Origin: Nitrosopumilaceae archaeon
Lineage (GTDB): Archaea; Thermoproteota; Nitrososphaeria; Nitrososphaerales; Nitrosopumilaceae
Assembly: GCA_965214835.1 (NCBI GenBank)
Contig: CBDCCK010000002.1
Location: 1,536,001-1,600,000 of the forward strand
DNA length: 64,000 bases
Direction: 5' to 3'
This document shows positions 41,896 through 53,620 of the stretch, in pieces. The notes below the pieces were generated by a model. That model was not told the DNA's origin and ran no database searches. It was given only the letters and a program-made list of their open reading frames with translations. Within the stretch, counting starts at the first letter, position 1; the number at the start of each line of letters is the position of its first letter. The position numbers and the translations under genes are program-made.

Positions 41896-42651
41896 CTACT
41901 CTAGCTTGCCCTTGGAAAACATGCGTGCAGCATTTTTGATGATCGCGTCATCGAAGATCTTCAGACCCCCCTCCATTACGCTCATGGCCCTGTCTGGATC
42001 GGTATTTTTCAGGCGCTTTGCGTATGCAATGCATATCTCCGAGTCGTCCCGGTAGTGCTTTGCAAGACAGTCGTCAATTGACTCGTCATTTAGCTTTTCC
42101 AGTATGTACATGTACATACGGATCTTCACTACTGCATCATAATGCTTGCTCCAGCTGGACTTGCTGGGCATGCGGTCGGGCAGGTACGGCTCCAAGAGAC
42201 TCTTCCAGTATTCATAGTCGTCTCTGTCTGCGCATATGCTCTCTAGCGCCTCGTGGTAATGCTCTTGAAAATAATCGGGATCATTTTTGATGTATTTCTC
42301 AAACATGTACGACATGTATGATCGCTTTTGCTCATGTGTCGGGGCCTGTAGCTTTATGCATGATGTCATGCGGTGCATGGCATTGACAAAGCAGTCGCCG
42401 TAGTACCCATCAGAGTCATCGATCATGCCCATGTTGTCTGCGATGACCTCGGACAGATCCTGATAAATCCGGATGGCCTCAAGATAGTCCTTTTCTCTCT
42501 CCTTTGACTTTGCCAGTCTGGTAAACTTGCCATAGTTTATCTCGTTGCCGTACTCTATCAGGCCATAGGAGTCGGCTGCCTTTTCGTACAGCTCATTGAT
42601 CTCCGGATAATAGTCCCTGTCCGGCGCATCACTCCCCGTCTTTGATCCCAT
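41896..42651 (-). CDS. All-helical hypothetical protein, resembling the C-terminal part of SWIM-finger-associated proteins
   Basis: 251-aa ORF; IDDSDGYYGD motif and TPR-like helices. Confidence 0.6.
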   Translation of the reverse strand: MGSKTGSDAPDRDYYPEINELYEKAADSYGLIEYGNEINYGKFTRLAKSKEREKDYLEAIRIYQDLSEVIADNMGMIDDSDGYYGDCFVNAMHRMTSCIKLQAPTHEQKRSYMSYMFEKYIKNDPDYFQEHYHEALESICADRDDYEYWKSLLEPYLPDRMPSKSSWSKHYDAVVKIRMYMYILEKLNDESIDDCLAKHYRDDSEICIAYAKRLKNTDPDRAMSVMEGGLKIFDDAIIKNAARMFSKGKLE

Positions 42652-42698
42652 GATCTTCGTGATTTGCGTATGTTTTAAGCGTTATTTGTCTGTCAGTA

Positions 42699-42792
42699 GC
42701 AAGAGTTTACCCCCCCCTCGAAAATACGGTGTGGCGGGCATGATGATCAAGGCCTTGGTCGGCAGTGTCGCCTATAGGGTACGGGCTCACAC
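42699..42792. mobile_element. About 94-bp MITE, family C (degenerate)
   Basis: GCAAGAGTTTACCCC..GAAAATACGGTGTGG..TGATCAAGGCC..GCAGTGTCGCCTA, shared with 39069 and 60257. Confidence 0.65.
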
Positions 42793-42861
42793 AAAAACCC
42801 TGAGATGCTATATATTTAGCAAGGTGGGCAGTTACATAATAACCCGTTTCTGCGTGATGAG

Positions 42862-43278
42862 ATGAAAAAGAAGATTGGCGTTGCAATTGTGGTGGCTATA
42901 GTCATAGCTGTGGCAGTCTCGGCAGGCTATGGAACACCTAAAGTATACGACAAAGAGCCGGTACGGACAGCAGCGGAGGCGACCCAGGCAGATGTCGTCA
43001 TGCCGACTAAGGTATCCAGGCCGGGATGCGAGCTGGAGGACAGGTGCTATGTTCCCTCGTCCATTGTGATTCATGCAGGCGAGTCTGTTTCGTGGCTAAA
43101 TGGTGACTCTGCGTTTCATAGCGTGACCAGCGGGGTCTATGGGGATCCCACCGGCCTGTTTGACAGCGAGTACATGGATCCGGGGGATGTATTCACCTAC
43201 ACCTTTGACGAGTCCGGAGAGTATGCCTACTATTGCACACTGCACGAGTGGATGTACGGTACCGTCCTGGTCAACTAG
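42862..43278 (+). CDS. Plastocyanin/azurin-type blue copper protein
   Basis: Signal anchor; WLNGDSAFHSVTSG..YYCTLHEWMYG with a full His/Cys/His/Met ligand set. Confidence 0.9.
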   Translation: MKKKIGVAIVVAIVIAVAVSAGYGTPKVYDKEPVRTAAEATQADVVMPTKVSRPGCELEDRCYVPSSIVIHAGESVSWLNGDSAFHSVTSGVYGDPTGLFDSEYMDPGDVFTYTFDESGEYAYYCTLHEWMYGTVLVN

Positions 43279-43281
43279 GAA

Positions 43282-43353
43282 AGGTGAGGGAGGGAGTCGA
43301 ACCCCCTTGTATAGGTTTTGCAGACCCACGCATAACCGCTCTGCCACCTCACC
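43282..43353 (-). tRNA. tRNA-Cys (GCA)
   Basis: Reverse complement GGTGAGGTGGCAGAGCGGTTATGCGTGGGTCTGCAAAACCTATACAAGGGGGTTCGACTCCCTCCCTCACCT. Confidence 0.93.
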
Positions 43354-43475
43354 GCAGTCAAAAAGCGCGTGATCAACAATTAAACTCTTTAGATTGTGGC
43401 GAGTAGCACAATTAATAACTCACACTGGGCACAACATGCCATAACATGTGTACTCGCAAGCAGGTCTGGGAAATC

Positions 43476-46400
43476 ATGAATGACGAGACACGACGAAGCA
43501 TAACTGGCCTTGCACTGATGACAATCATGGTTGCGGGGGGGGGGCAGTCCTTGGCATCCCAAGTGTCATGCCGGCTGCCGAGGCAGATCATCCAACGGCC
43601 GCGGTAGGATTCGGGGAAGGTTCCGGATTATCGCAGGATTGTGTAGAAACAGTAGACTGTTTTACGCCGGTAACCGTTACCGTTGACGTTGGCGGGGAAG
43701 TCGTGTGGACCAACAACGATTCTCTAGTTCATAACGTGGCTTCCGGCGGACAGGATGATATGGTAGCAGGTACCGTCGGCCCTAATTGGCCAAACGGCGA
43801 AGGCGCTGAGGGAAACACGGGATTCCAAAGTTCATTTATGAATCAGGGAGATGTGTTCAAACACAAGTTTGATGCTCCCGGAGAATACCCATACTTTTGC
43901 ACCCTTCATCCTTGGAGGGCGGGTATGGTCATTGTGGAGGCCGAGCCGGCAGCAGGGCCAGCTAACGCAAACCTGTTTGTCTCCGCAGAAAACTCTATGT
44001 TTGAAAACTACATCGCAGGACCTCAGGTAATACAGGTAGTAGTCGATGATCCCGGCATCTCGGATACCGACGAAGCAGAAGGCATTCCGGATGTCGAGGT
44101 AAACGGCAACGACCTGCTGATGACACAGGCAACCGACGGCAGATGGTACGGCTACTTTGCAAGCAAAGAACATGCAATGGCAGCCGATGCCAAATCCACA
44201 ACGGCGGGAACGGGATTGGACTATGGTTCCTTCTGTAGCCCTGATACCAAAATCTTGGGAAGCAGCATAAGCGTAACCGATACCGACGGCATTGCAATAC
44301 CTGTTCAGACAGGAACTGGCATTGATAGTAACTGTGCAGGCATTGACGTTACTGCTGGCCAAGCCATCAATGTAATCAAAGAACCAAAGGCCATCAACAC
44401 TCATAGCGGTGCAGATGGAATAGGCCAAATCGGATTGGCAGACGCCAATCTGTGGCCCTTCATTCAGCTCTACACATTCAACCTAACCGGTAGCATAGTT
44501 GTCGACTATAACAAAGGTGGCGGAACCCAATCGGCGACATTCACCTTTGATACCGCTGGCGGCTTTGCCGGCCTAAATCTTGACAGAACCATCTATCCGC
44601 GAGGATCACAGGTTCACGTAACAGTCACTGATACGTGGTTGAACATCGACCCGACAGACGAGGACTCGTGGACCTGGGATACCGACAGCGGCGATGCATA
44701 CTATGATGTATTCGGAAAAGACAGTGCTGACAACCCTAACGGCATTCATGCTAACGGTACACTGCTCATCAGTCCAATAACTTCCGGCGACGACCTCATG
44801 CAAGAAAATGCTACCTTGCTGCTAGATGTTAGCACACATGGCAGTACTGTTATGGAGCTTCAAGGAAATAATGATGCCAGAGTAGAGGTGTCGAGACTCA
44901 CCAACCCGGTAACACTTACCGAGAGTAGCTCATACAGCGGCATCTTTGGAACATATGACGAAGCAGACACTTCAATTCTTGCAATTCTCGACAACGCAGA
45001 GAGGGGCAACTCTGCCACCATCGACTATAGCAACGATCCGCAGACGGTTCTTGTGGGCTTTGACTTTGCAACAATCGACATCCAGCCGGTCAACGAAGAC
45101 TGGAGCTCCGGTGAGGAGATTCCAGTAGTGCTGGTTGACGGCGATGCAAACAAGAACAGCAGGGCAGACGAGGATCTGATCATATCCGATCCGGATACTG
45201 CACTGATCCCAAGCCTTGTGACCGGAAGCCCGTTCACGCTGGGCGAGGGTGATAGCCCTAGGGCATTCTTGATTGCGACCGTTGAGACTGCCAGTGAAAC
45301 TATTGTCAGAACCAACACTACAACTGCAAATGGCGCAGTAGAGTTTGATGTTCAAACATTCGGCGATCGGGGAATTGTCTCAGTTGACTCAGCGACAGAT
45401 GTTCGTGGACTGTTGATTGGCTTGAATGCCACCATGGGAGACCTGCGTGGCACAATCCAGAACTCCAATCCAGACAGCTGGGATGCTGAGCATTTCAAGG
45501 GATACAACCTGTTCAACTATAACGTTGATTCACTTGATCAAGACATCGCAGATATACGACTGGTGGATGTAACGGATATGGCCGCAGGTGTTCTTAGCGG
45601 AGCTCCTAGCGTTCAATTGGCCACTGGCAGCTATGGCTTGAAAAACCTGAGCGTTGGTGGTTTAGATGACGCCTTGTTTGATGCCACTATTGGCAATGCA
45701 GCCAACATAGGAATACTGTACACTTGGACGACTCCTGCTACAATGGCAGGTGACTATCCGATAGTCGCCGACTTCATGTCATTCGGATTCACGGATGACG
45801 GGGACACGGGATCCGAGAGGGTCGCCAACCAGATAATACGACTCGAGCTTGAGGAGGACGCTGACAACCCTGCTACCTTCGTAGGTACGCTAGAGTACAT
45901 CATGGTCAACCAGCTCAACATCCTTGATGCAGACACGTACAAGATAACCACGGATTCCGATTCACCAACCTTCATCGTAATGGAGGATCTCACAGACGAG
46001 GACTCGCCAAGGATCAACTATCTTGACCTTGGAGCCGATGGAGTTTCGACGCAAATATCAGACCAGCAGCCGGCACCATCCCACTCGGGAATAGTGACGC
46101 TTGACTCGGACACCTACAAGGTTGCAGACACTGTAACAATCACGCTCGCAGACGCTGACCTGAACGTGGACAGCGGCCTTCTCGACATCTTTACAGTAGT
46201 CACAGCGGAAGATGATACGGCATTTGACATGGTAGGCGCGCCAGGTCTGCCAAAATACTCATTCGGTTCGCTTGGAAGGCTGCTGGACGTCACATTTGCT
46301 GGCCAACAGTGGCTCAAGTCCACAGCTGGAGAGTACACGTGTGATGCACATCCTGATGGCATAGATGATGGCCTGGGCGCGACAGGAATTCACATGATTG

Positions 46401-48550
46401 AGACCGGAACAGATACCGGCACCTTCGTCGGTGACTTTCAGATCCCGGCTGAATACTGTGCAAGATCAGGCAGCACTGCATCATGGCAATCCGTAATCGG
46501 TACCGACATTGAGGCCAACTATGTTGACTTTAGGGACGCATCCGGCGAAATCATCGAGGTCGGTGATTCGGCAGGTGTCAGAGCCAACACCGGTACAGAT
46601 CATACAATAGCCGAGGTCGGATTCGGGGAAGGTTCCGGACTATCGCTGGCATGTGTAGAAACAGATGATTGCTTTATACCGACAACTGTCACCATTGGTG
46701 CTGGCGGGGAAGTTGTATGGACTAACAACGATTATTTAGTTCATACGGTATATTCTGGCACAATTGAGGATATGAGGACAGACACCGTTGGCACTAATTG
46801 GCCAAACGGCAAAGGCGCTGCGGGAAACACAGGATTCCAAAGTTCATTTATGAATCAAGGAGATGTATTCAAACACATGTTTGATGCTCCCGGAGAATAC
46901 CCATACTTTTGTACCCTGCATCCTTGGAGGGCGGGTATGGTCATTGTAGAAGACCCGCTTGTCAACGGCGGCGATTATCCAAACTGCGGACCTGATCAAG
47001 TTATCCAAAACGGTCAATGTGTTGACGCTTTTGATGGAGAAAACAGAGCAAGTGCAAATCTTGAACTAGGCACGGATCAGGACACGTATGCCGATGGATA
47101 TACCATAACCTTGACCGGCAAAATCAACGTTGAAGACATCATTCCTGTACCTGTTACGATTTATGGACCTCAAGGCGTTCTTGCAAGTATTGATCAAATA
47201 ACTCCAAATGTTGACGGCACATTTGAGACTACCTTTGTAGCATCTGGAAGTCTATGGTCTGACGGTGGCGAGTATGTGATAACTGCCATTCATGGCATTG
47301 ACAAGGCAACAACTACCTTTAACTTTGGCGGCAGTACTGGTGATAGAGATAAACCTCCTATAGAACCCAAGAACTGCGCCAATGCACGAGCTGATGATCA
47401 ATGCGGCACCAACACTGCAGATAAACTTCCTATAGAACCCATCAGATCTACGCAGTCCATCGGCCGCAGTAGCGGAGGCGGCGGAGGCGGTGGTGGAGGT
47501 GGCGGCGGCAGTAGCACCGTCACGTCTTCCTCGGACGGCACGGATCCTGCATACATAGCATCCATATCGTGGGACTGCGCCGCCGGACTCGTCACGGTCG
47601 CCGCCGGACCAGTCTCTGATGATCTCTCGGTCTCGGTGCGCACCACTGAGAGCGGTTCCACCCAGGCTACGGCGGCAGGCCAGGCGGCTGAGGGATTCGC
47701 GGTGTTTACGGTGCCTATGCACGAGACTGAGACATACATCGGAGTCAACGCAATCCTGCAGTCTGGAATGGGTATGAGCTTTGACTCAGAGTCCGTAAAC
47801 GTGGATGCCTGCATCGGAGAGCGCGCCTACGATATTCCGATGTCCGTGTCCGCCGACACCGATGGGCAGGCAGTCGACGAGCCGCGTGATGTGGCCGATG
47901 AGGCAGCCAAGCCGCAGACGCCGGTAGAACCCCAGATAACGACGCAGCCAGAAAAGCCCGACATCGCCACACAGTCCGAGATTGAGCCCGAGGCCGTGAC
48001 GCAGCCAGAAAAGCCCGACATCGCCACACAGTCCGAGATTGAGCCCGAGGCCGTGACGCAGCCAGAAAAGCCCGACATCACCACACAGCCCGAGATTGAG
48101 CCTGGGTCCACTGCACAGCCCGGGTCGGAGCTCGAATCGCAGGCCAGCTCGGAGCCCGGCGGCGCATGCTTGATAGCGACTGCCGCATACGGAACAGAGA
48201 TGGCGCCGCAGGTGCAGGCGCTCAGGGAGATACGCGACGGCACGCTGCTCTCGACGGACTCGGGCGCCTCCTTTGTTGCCGGATTCAACTCCGTATACTA
48301 TTTGTTCTCGCCTGCAGTGGCAGACCTGGAACGCCAGAGTCCGGCATTCCGCGAGGTCGTAAGGATTCTGATCACCCCGATGATCTCGACGCTGTCGATG
48401 ATGTCGCTTGCAGAGGAGGGCTCGGAGGCCTCGGTGCTGGCGCTGGGCGCCTCGGTCATTGTTATCAATATCGGCATGTATGTGGCAGCTCCTGCGGCCG
48501 CCGCCATTATCGCGGCAAGGAAGAGGACTTCCATGACTCAAAATCGGTGA
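43476..48550 (+). CDS. Chimeric surface protein: cupredoxin, SlaA-like S-layer segment, cupredoxin, Ig-like domain, CFI-box-CTERM; signal peptide frameshifted at a G10 run
   Basis: Main ORF 43568-48550. The upstream ATG at 43476 encodes MNDETRRSITGLALMTIMVAGG, a Nitrosopumilus SlaA-type leader, in another frame. ANANLFVSAENS..GDSAGVRANTG is recognised as SlaA-like. Confidence 0.8.
47942..48102 (+). repeat. 57-bp tandem coding repeat (TQPEKPDIATQSEIEPEAV, about 3 copies)
   Basis: Units start at 47942, 47999 and 48056. Confidence 0.88.
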
Positions 48551-48662
48551 GACCCAACCGATTGCTTTTCAGGGCAACCAATGATGCCGGCCCAACCATG
48601 GATCCAAGATGCACCGGAGTCTGCTGCCAGGGCATTCGCCGAGCCACTTGACAATCTTACAC

Positions 48663-48754
48663 GCATGTGGTTACCTGCCCCTATCAATTAGGCATGAGTT
48701 GGCATGTACAACGTGATTTTCGTGCCTAGATAGCAAGGGGGCGTGACCACGTAC
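48663..48754. mobile_element. 92-bp MITE, family B (degenerate)
   Basis: GCATGTGGTTACCTGCCCCT..GTGATTTTC..AGGGGGCGTGACCACGTAC; colinear with 52449-52542. Confidence 0.7.
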
Positions 48755-48978
48755 GCTAGCAAGTATCGTTGGATCCGGGCCTAGTCAGAACCAAAATCGG
48801 CCTTTATGGGGAGGATTTCAGCATTGAGAGATTCAGCAAAAGCATAGGGACAATGGAAAAAGACCGGGCCAAGGACGAATCAGCTGCTGCCCCAAGATCC
48901 GCCCAGTTTAGCACGGTATCTGACAGTGTCTTACAAAGAATATCGGATGCAATGAAATAATGTAGGGACCCGAGTTTC

Positions 48979-49338
48979 GTGAGCCCATGCACTGGTGATG
49001 ATGACCCACGCCAGCCTGCCAGCTCCGGCAGGGTGGATCTGTTCTACCCTAGAACGCTTGGGGTTTTCACGACGAGTCTGCTACCGGGGGGGGGGGGGCG
49101 CAAGGCTTGGATACGCCGTCGATCAGCGAGCTCCATGGGCGGAAGACCATCGTTTACTGCAATACTAAAGGCTGCAAAGGCAAAATGTGAAAAATGCCAG
49201 GCCTCAGAAGAGCTGACAATAAACCACAAGGTGCCTCTCGTACAAGGAGGAACCAACGAGGCTGAGAACTTGCAGGTTCTGTGCAGAGCATGTCATGACA
49301 GGTTTCATGGAATAATATCCAAAAAGAAACTAAGGTGA
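48979..49338 (+). CDS. HNH endonuclease, possibly degenerate at its 5' end
   Basis: CEKC..LTINHKVPLVQGGTNEAENLQVLCRACHDRFH; G13 run at 49086-49098; upstream ORF 48769-48960 is in the same frame. Confidence 0.75.
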   Translation: MSPCTGDDDPRQPASSGRVDLFYPRTLGVFTTSLLPGGGGRKAWIRRRSASSMGGRPSFTAILKAAKAKCEKCQASEELTINHKVPLVQGGTNEAENLQVLCRACHDRFHGIISKKKLR

Positions 49339-49353
49339 CGGTAGCCCGCCGTC

Positions 49354-49584
49354 CTAACTCCACCAGGGCTCCCTGTAGGGATTAAGATAGCACTGCAGGC
49401 GCTCACTCCATTCCAGCGTTGACAGATCAATGCCCCCGAAGGTCACCGCATCAGACGGCCATATGCACGGCCCTCCAAGATGCCCGTATACCAAAAAGGC
49501 AAGTATCATACGGCCGTATGTCACCCCTATGAAAAAGCCCAATACAATTCCAAAAATTAAAAAGAAATAGGGTCTAGTCGTCAT
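49354..49584 (-). CDS. Small membrane protein
   Basis: MTTRPYFFLIFGIVLGFFIGV hydrophobic N-terminus; internal ATG of ORF 49354-49602. Confidence 0.5.
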   Translation of the reverse strand: MTTRPYFFLIFGIVLGFFIGVTYGRMILAFLVYGHLGGPCIWPSDAVTFGGIDLSTLEWSERLQCYLNPYREPWWS

Positions 49585-50207
49585 GCCACCGACACTGCGC
49601 ATCTTGTCTTATTGCTCATGTTCGTGACAGAGTGCGTCGCACTGCCTAATAAGAATCCTTGATCGCAGGTATTTCTAGGCACCCATAAAACGTAAGAGCT
49701 TACCCGCTAGGACAGTCTTCCCAGAAGTACCACGTCAAATTATCCCTGGCTCGAAACAATTCAAGTGAGGCTGCCTGCAGATCCGCTTGCCACCTCCTGC
49801 ACCGTAGTGCGCACAGTTGAAATCCGAACACTTTTTATCGAAATAGGCACGATAGGCTTTATGCGTAAACGAAATTAGCGGCGTTGCCCCCGGCACCCGG
49901 GCTACAAAGGGCTGCCGGAAGACGGAGTCCAGATTGGATTCCAAGTACAACTTCAGGTCCTATTTAAAGCGCCCAGGGAACTTTTTGTCCGGAACTTTTT
50001 GATCCTTCCGCATCCGTTGTGACAGACCCGTTGCATCACCACACATCCTTTGTACATGCCAGAACCGGCGCCGTGCAGGCAACACATTGACAGACGGCAC
50101 CTGCAGGCAATCAGAAACTGTTGCATTCGGTGCCGTTGACTGGCAGATTCAGCCGGATCCTTCGATATGAGGCTACGGGTTACGCCGTCCCGTAGGCGCC
50201 AGACGGA

Positions 50208-51804
50208 TCAAAGTGCCATCGGGGCTACGGGTACGACGGCCGTCTGGTTCCAGCGTACCGCCCCCTTGCCTGCACCTGCTGCAGGCGGCCACACCGGCGG
50301 CGGCCCGGGACACTCAAAGACACTGTATCTTGTACCGTCCGTATTGACAAGCGAGGACAGCAGGTGCGCGTCATCCTTGGCCCCTGCAAAGATATCCCAG
50401 CCCGGATCCCGCAGGTATTTCAAGAGTCCACCGGCAGGATGTATGTTTTGCTTGCGGCATGTCATCGAGAACGTCAGCAGCGCAGAAGCCGTCTTTCTTC
50501 CCCCGTCAGTTACGATCTTGTGGCGCGCATTGCGCTGTGGTATGATCCCGTCGCGTATGCATCGCTCCGTATCGTTGTTGTGCGGCGGCATTCCCGGACG
50601 CGCTAGAAACGTAAACATGTTGGGTATGGCGTTTAGCAGGTGTGTACGCACGTGATCGTCCTCATACGGGCTGATTATTTTGTATGCCTCCCTTGAAAGC
50701 TCCATGTATGTAAGCGACGCAAGCGTCTTTGATCTTTTTTACCTCCCTGTAAAATTCCAGCAGCAAGTCATACCTTTTCCCATCATCGCCTTCGGGCATC
50801 TTTACTGCAAGCTTTTCTGCATACGCCAGAAGGTGCCTCCAGCACCTCTGGATTATCTCAAAGAACAGCTTGTACTGGGCCAGCCCGTCGACGACTGTGG
50901 GAACCCTGGGATCCAGCCATCCAAAGTGCGTGTGCAGTACCTCAGAGGACCGGGAATCTGCAAAGACCACAAAGCACGCCCCCGCACAGTTGAGCACCCA
51001 GACGTACCCCGTGTGTCCGTCGCCGCGCTTAAAGCCGGTCTCGTCCATCTGTATCCACGGCCTGCCCGCAATGAATGTCTGTATGCATTGTATCATGTTT
51101 TGCCGGAGTGCCTCTGCCACTGCGTGCCGGGCGGCAGTCACGGTATTTGGGGCCATCTTGAATCCAAACATATACTGAAAGTACTCTGCAATGTCCTCGT
51201 CTATGTTTCCCTTCTCAAAGAACATCATGATTAGAGAGAGTGAGACGGGCCCAAGTGACGTGCCGCCTAGAAACGGGGTAGCTGCGACATGCACGGTATT
51301 GCACTGTGGACACACCGCGTTTTGGATGATGGCATTGGCAGTAATCATGCGCATGGAGTCATCCAGATCGTTGACAAGCTTGTGGATCGGCTTGAGCATC
51401 CGTAACTGGATGTTGCACTTTGGGCATATTTTGAAATCAAGATCGTACCTTAATGTCATGGATGGCCGGTTGCCGTGCGATGTACCATGGTGTCCGCACG
51501 GAGGGCCGCGTTTCTTGCCCCTGGCCGCATCGCCGGGACTGCCGCCGGGATCCTCGCCCCTTTTCTCCCTGAACTTTTTTCTGGCATCATTGTATAATGA
51601 CGGCGTGGACGTGGGCATGTTGGGACTCTCGTACAGGGCAAGCCTTGCCTGAAGCTCAGCATTCTCCTTCTTGACATCCACATTCTCCTTCTTGACAATA
51701 GAGAGTTCTTTTTCCAGCCCGGAGATCTTCTCATCTTGCTCCATGATCATGACAAGTGCCTTTCCAGGATCCGTACAGCGTGCAAGCACGGCTTTGGAGT
51801 CCAT
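50208..51804 (-). pseudogene. IS66 family transposase split by a frameshift near 50730
   Basis: ORF 50662-51804 (DETG, VDGLAQY, QRCWRHL) plus ORF 50208-50705 (PPHNNDTERCIR). TIRs not resolved. Confidence 0.85.
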
Positions 51805-52056
51805 ATGTTACATCAGACAGGCAAGATCAAAAAAGATTTCCATCGAAATTCTTTGACCAAGATGCCGATATTATGTCACTCCCGTAAATTCCAAACCTGC
51901 AATGTCTGATCACAAATGTCTGATGTTCAGCCATGTTCGCAGGGGCATCTGATCATAAGATGCTGCCCAAAAATGTTTGACTGTCAGTATAAAAAGGACC
52001 TGAAGTTGTACGGTTGACTCTTGCCCCTATACCTGCCGGCAGATCATCTGATGACA

Positions 52057-52365
52057 CTAGTCCCTCAACTCGTAAAGCTTCATGCTTCCATGTTTTCTAG
52101 AAATCATATAATCCCTACCCTGATAACTGAACGCGTAGGGCTGGCCGTCCTGCATCAACTGTTCCTTGATTTGTATTGTGTCTCCACTGACCTGTACGGG
52201 GTGGGATCCCTGGTCAGAGTCCTCAAAAAATCCGTCGCATGTGAACTCCTGCAAAGAGTTTCTGGCAGTCACACCCTCTTCAATAAACGTTGTCGCAGAT
52301 CCGCTAAGCACCTTGGAAATGTATGACTTCCTTGGTTCGACGTATACAAAATTTGACTGTGACAT
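52057..52365 (-). CDS. Hypothetical protein
   Basis: 102-aa ATG ORF with an AT-rich upstream element; no family recognised. Confidence 0.5.
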   Translation of the reverse strand: MSQSNFVYVEPRKSYISKVLSGSATTFIEEGVTARNSLQEFTCDGFFEDSDQGSHPVQVSGDTIQIKEQLMQDGQPYAFSYQGRDYMISRKHGSMKLYELRD

Positions 52366-52448
52366 TTCTAGTTCTAATGGCGCTGTACTGATTAAAAACT
52401 TTATCTTAGACTGGAACTGGGACGTTTACGGTAGATGATTCTTCGTGG

Positions 52449-52542
52449 GTACGAGGTCACCTGCCCCCCGCCAATCAGGCACAAATTGGCACGTACAATT
52501 ATGATTTCCATGCCCGGACAACGGGGGGACGTGACCTCGTAC
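52449..52542. mobile_element. 94-bp MITE, family B
   Basis: Perfect terminal GTACGAGGTCAC / GTGACCTCGTAC, resembling the TIR of the IS66 at 8852. Confidence 0.82.
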
Positions 52543-53084
52543 AAAAAGTTCATTGTCGTGACCGGCTCCGGAATTCTCGGTGTCTAGGTCGTCATCTTGG
52601 TTCCTTCAGGGACCGGTTTTTCCAGGTCGCGCCCGTCGCACTTGCCGCACCTGTCAGGCACGTAGCTCATTTCCCGGGTCGGGTGCCTCTTGTGTGATGC
52701 GCCCCTGTGTCCGGGCCTGCGGCCCGGCCTTGCCGGCGCCTTGCCCGGTTCCCTTGATGCGGCCGTCTTTTTCTGCCTGGTCGGTATCGAGTTCTGCGAT
52801 GACGGACTGTGCGGGTTCTCATAGTATTTGATGCGCTGCTCGAGCTGCCTGTTTTGTGCCGTCAATGCAGCGATCTGTGCGGCATCATCGGGCCTGTTTT
52901 ATGGCAGATGCTATCCTTTCTGTGTCAATCTCCTCCTGCGTCTTCTGAAGCTCCGCCCTGACGCAGGCCATCTTCTTGCTCAATGCCTTGAATTCCGAGG
53001 CTGTAGACATGTGTTTCCCGGGTAGTGGTAGTTTATAGATCAGGTGGTCATAAAAAATCAACTAGGCAGGGGCTAACCTATTAC
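52543..53084 (-). pseudogene. IS66 left-end remnant with frameshifted transposase N-terminus
   Basis: QLEQRIKYYENPHSPSS..PGHRGASH..CGKC; family-A-like TIR CTAGGCAGGGGCTAACCTATTAC at 53062-53084. Confidence 0.8.
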
Positions 53085-53620
53085 ACTGCCAAGTACCTCA
53101 ACGGCATCGCTCCAAGGGCTGGCAGCCGGTTCCGTGCTGACGAGGTGTGAATAAAGGTTGCAGGAAAGCAGAACTGTCTCTTTGCCTCGATGGATGACGA
53201 TACTAGATACCGGCCGGCCAGCGACGTGACAACAAAGTTCCGGCACAATGCAGACACCCTGTTACATCTGACAAAACTGCAGGCCGGCAGATCCCCCAGA
53301 AACTTCATCACGGATGGTCTGCCTGCATACATAAAGTCAAGCAAGAAGGTGTTTGGAAGCAAAACAAGCCACGTCAGGCACATCCACCTCAAGGGCGACA
53401 GGAACAACAACAAGATGGAGCGTTTGAATGGTGAGATGAGACCGTGAGAAGGTCTTCAGGGGATTAAAGAAGACGGACACGGAGATCCTGAATGGGGTGA
53501 GGGTCTACTACGACTTCAAAAAAACACGGCTCCCTAAACGGCCAGACCCCAGCAGAGTCGGCCCTGATAAGCGTGGACGGTACAAACAAGTGGAAGACAA
53601 TAATCCAGAACGCCTCACTA
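53085..53620 (+). pseudogene. IS6-family / DDE integrase remnant
   Basis: RADEV*IKVAG..MDDDTRY..ITDGLPAY..NNNKMERLNG, then REKVFRGLKK in a shifted frame; 5' end cut by the IS66 remnant. Confidence 0.75.

Noticed and set aside
37691-43353. Integrated element bounded by tRNA-Thr or tRNA-Cys
   Set aside because: No duplicated tRNA 3' end or integrase seen, and the interval includes ordinary conserved genes.
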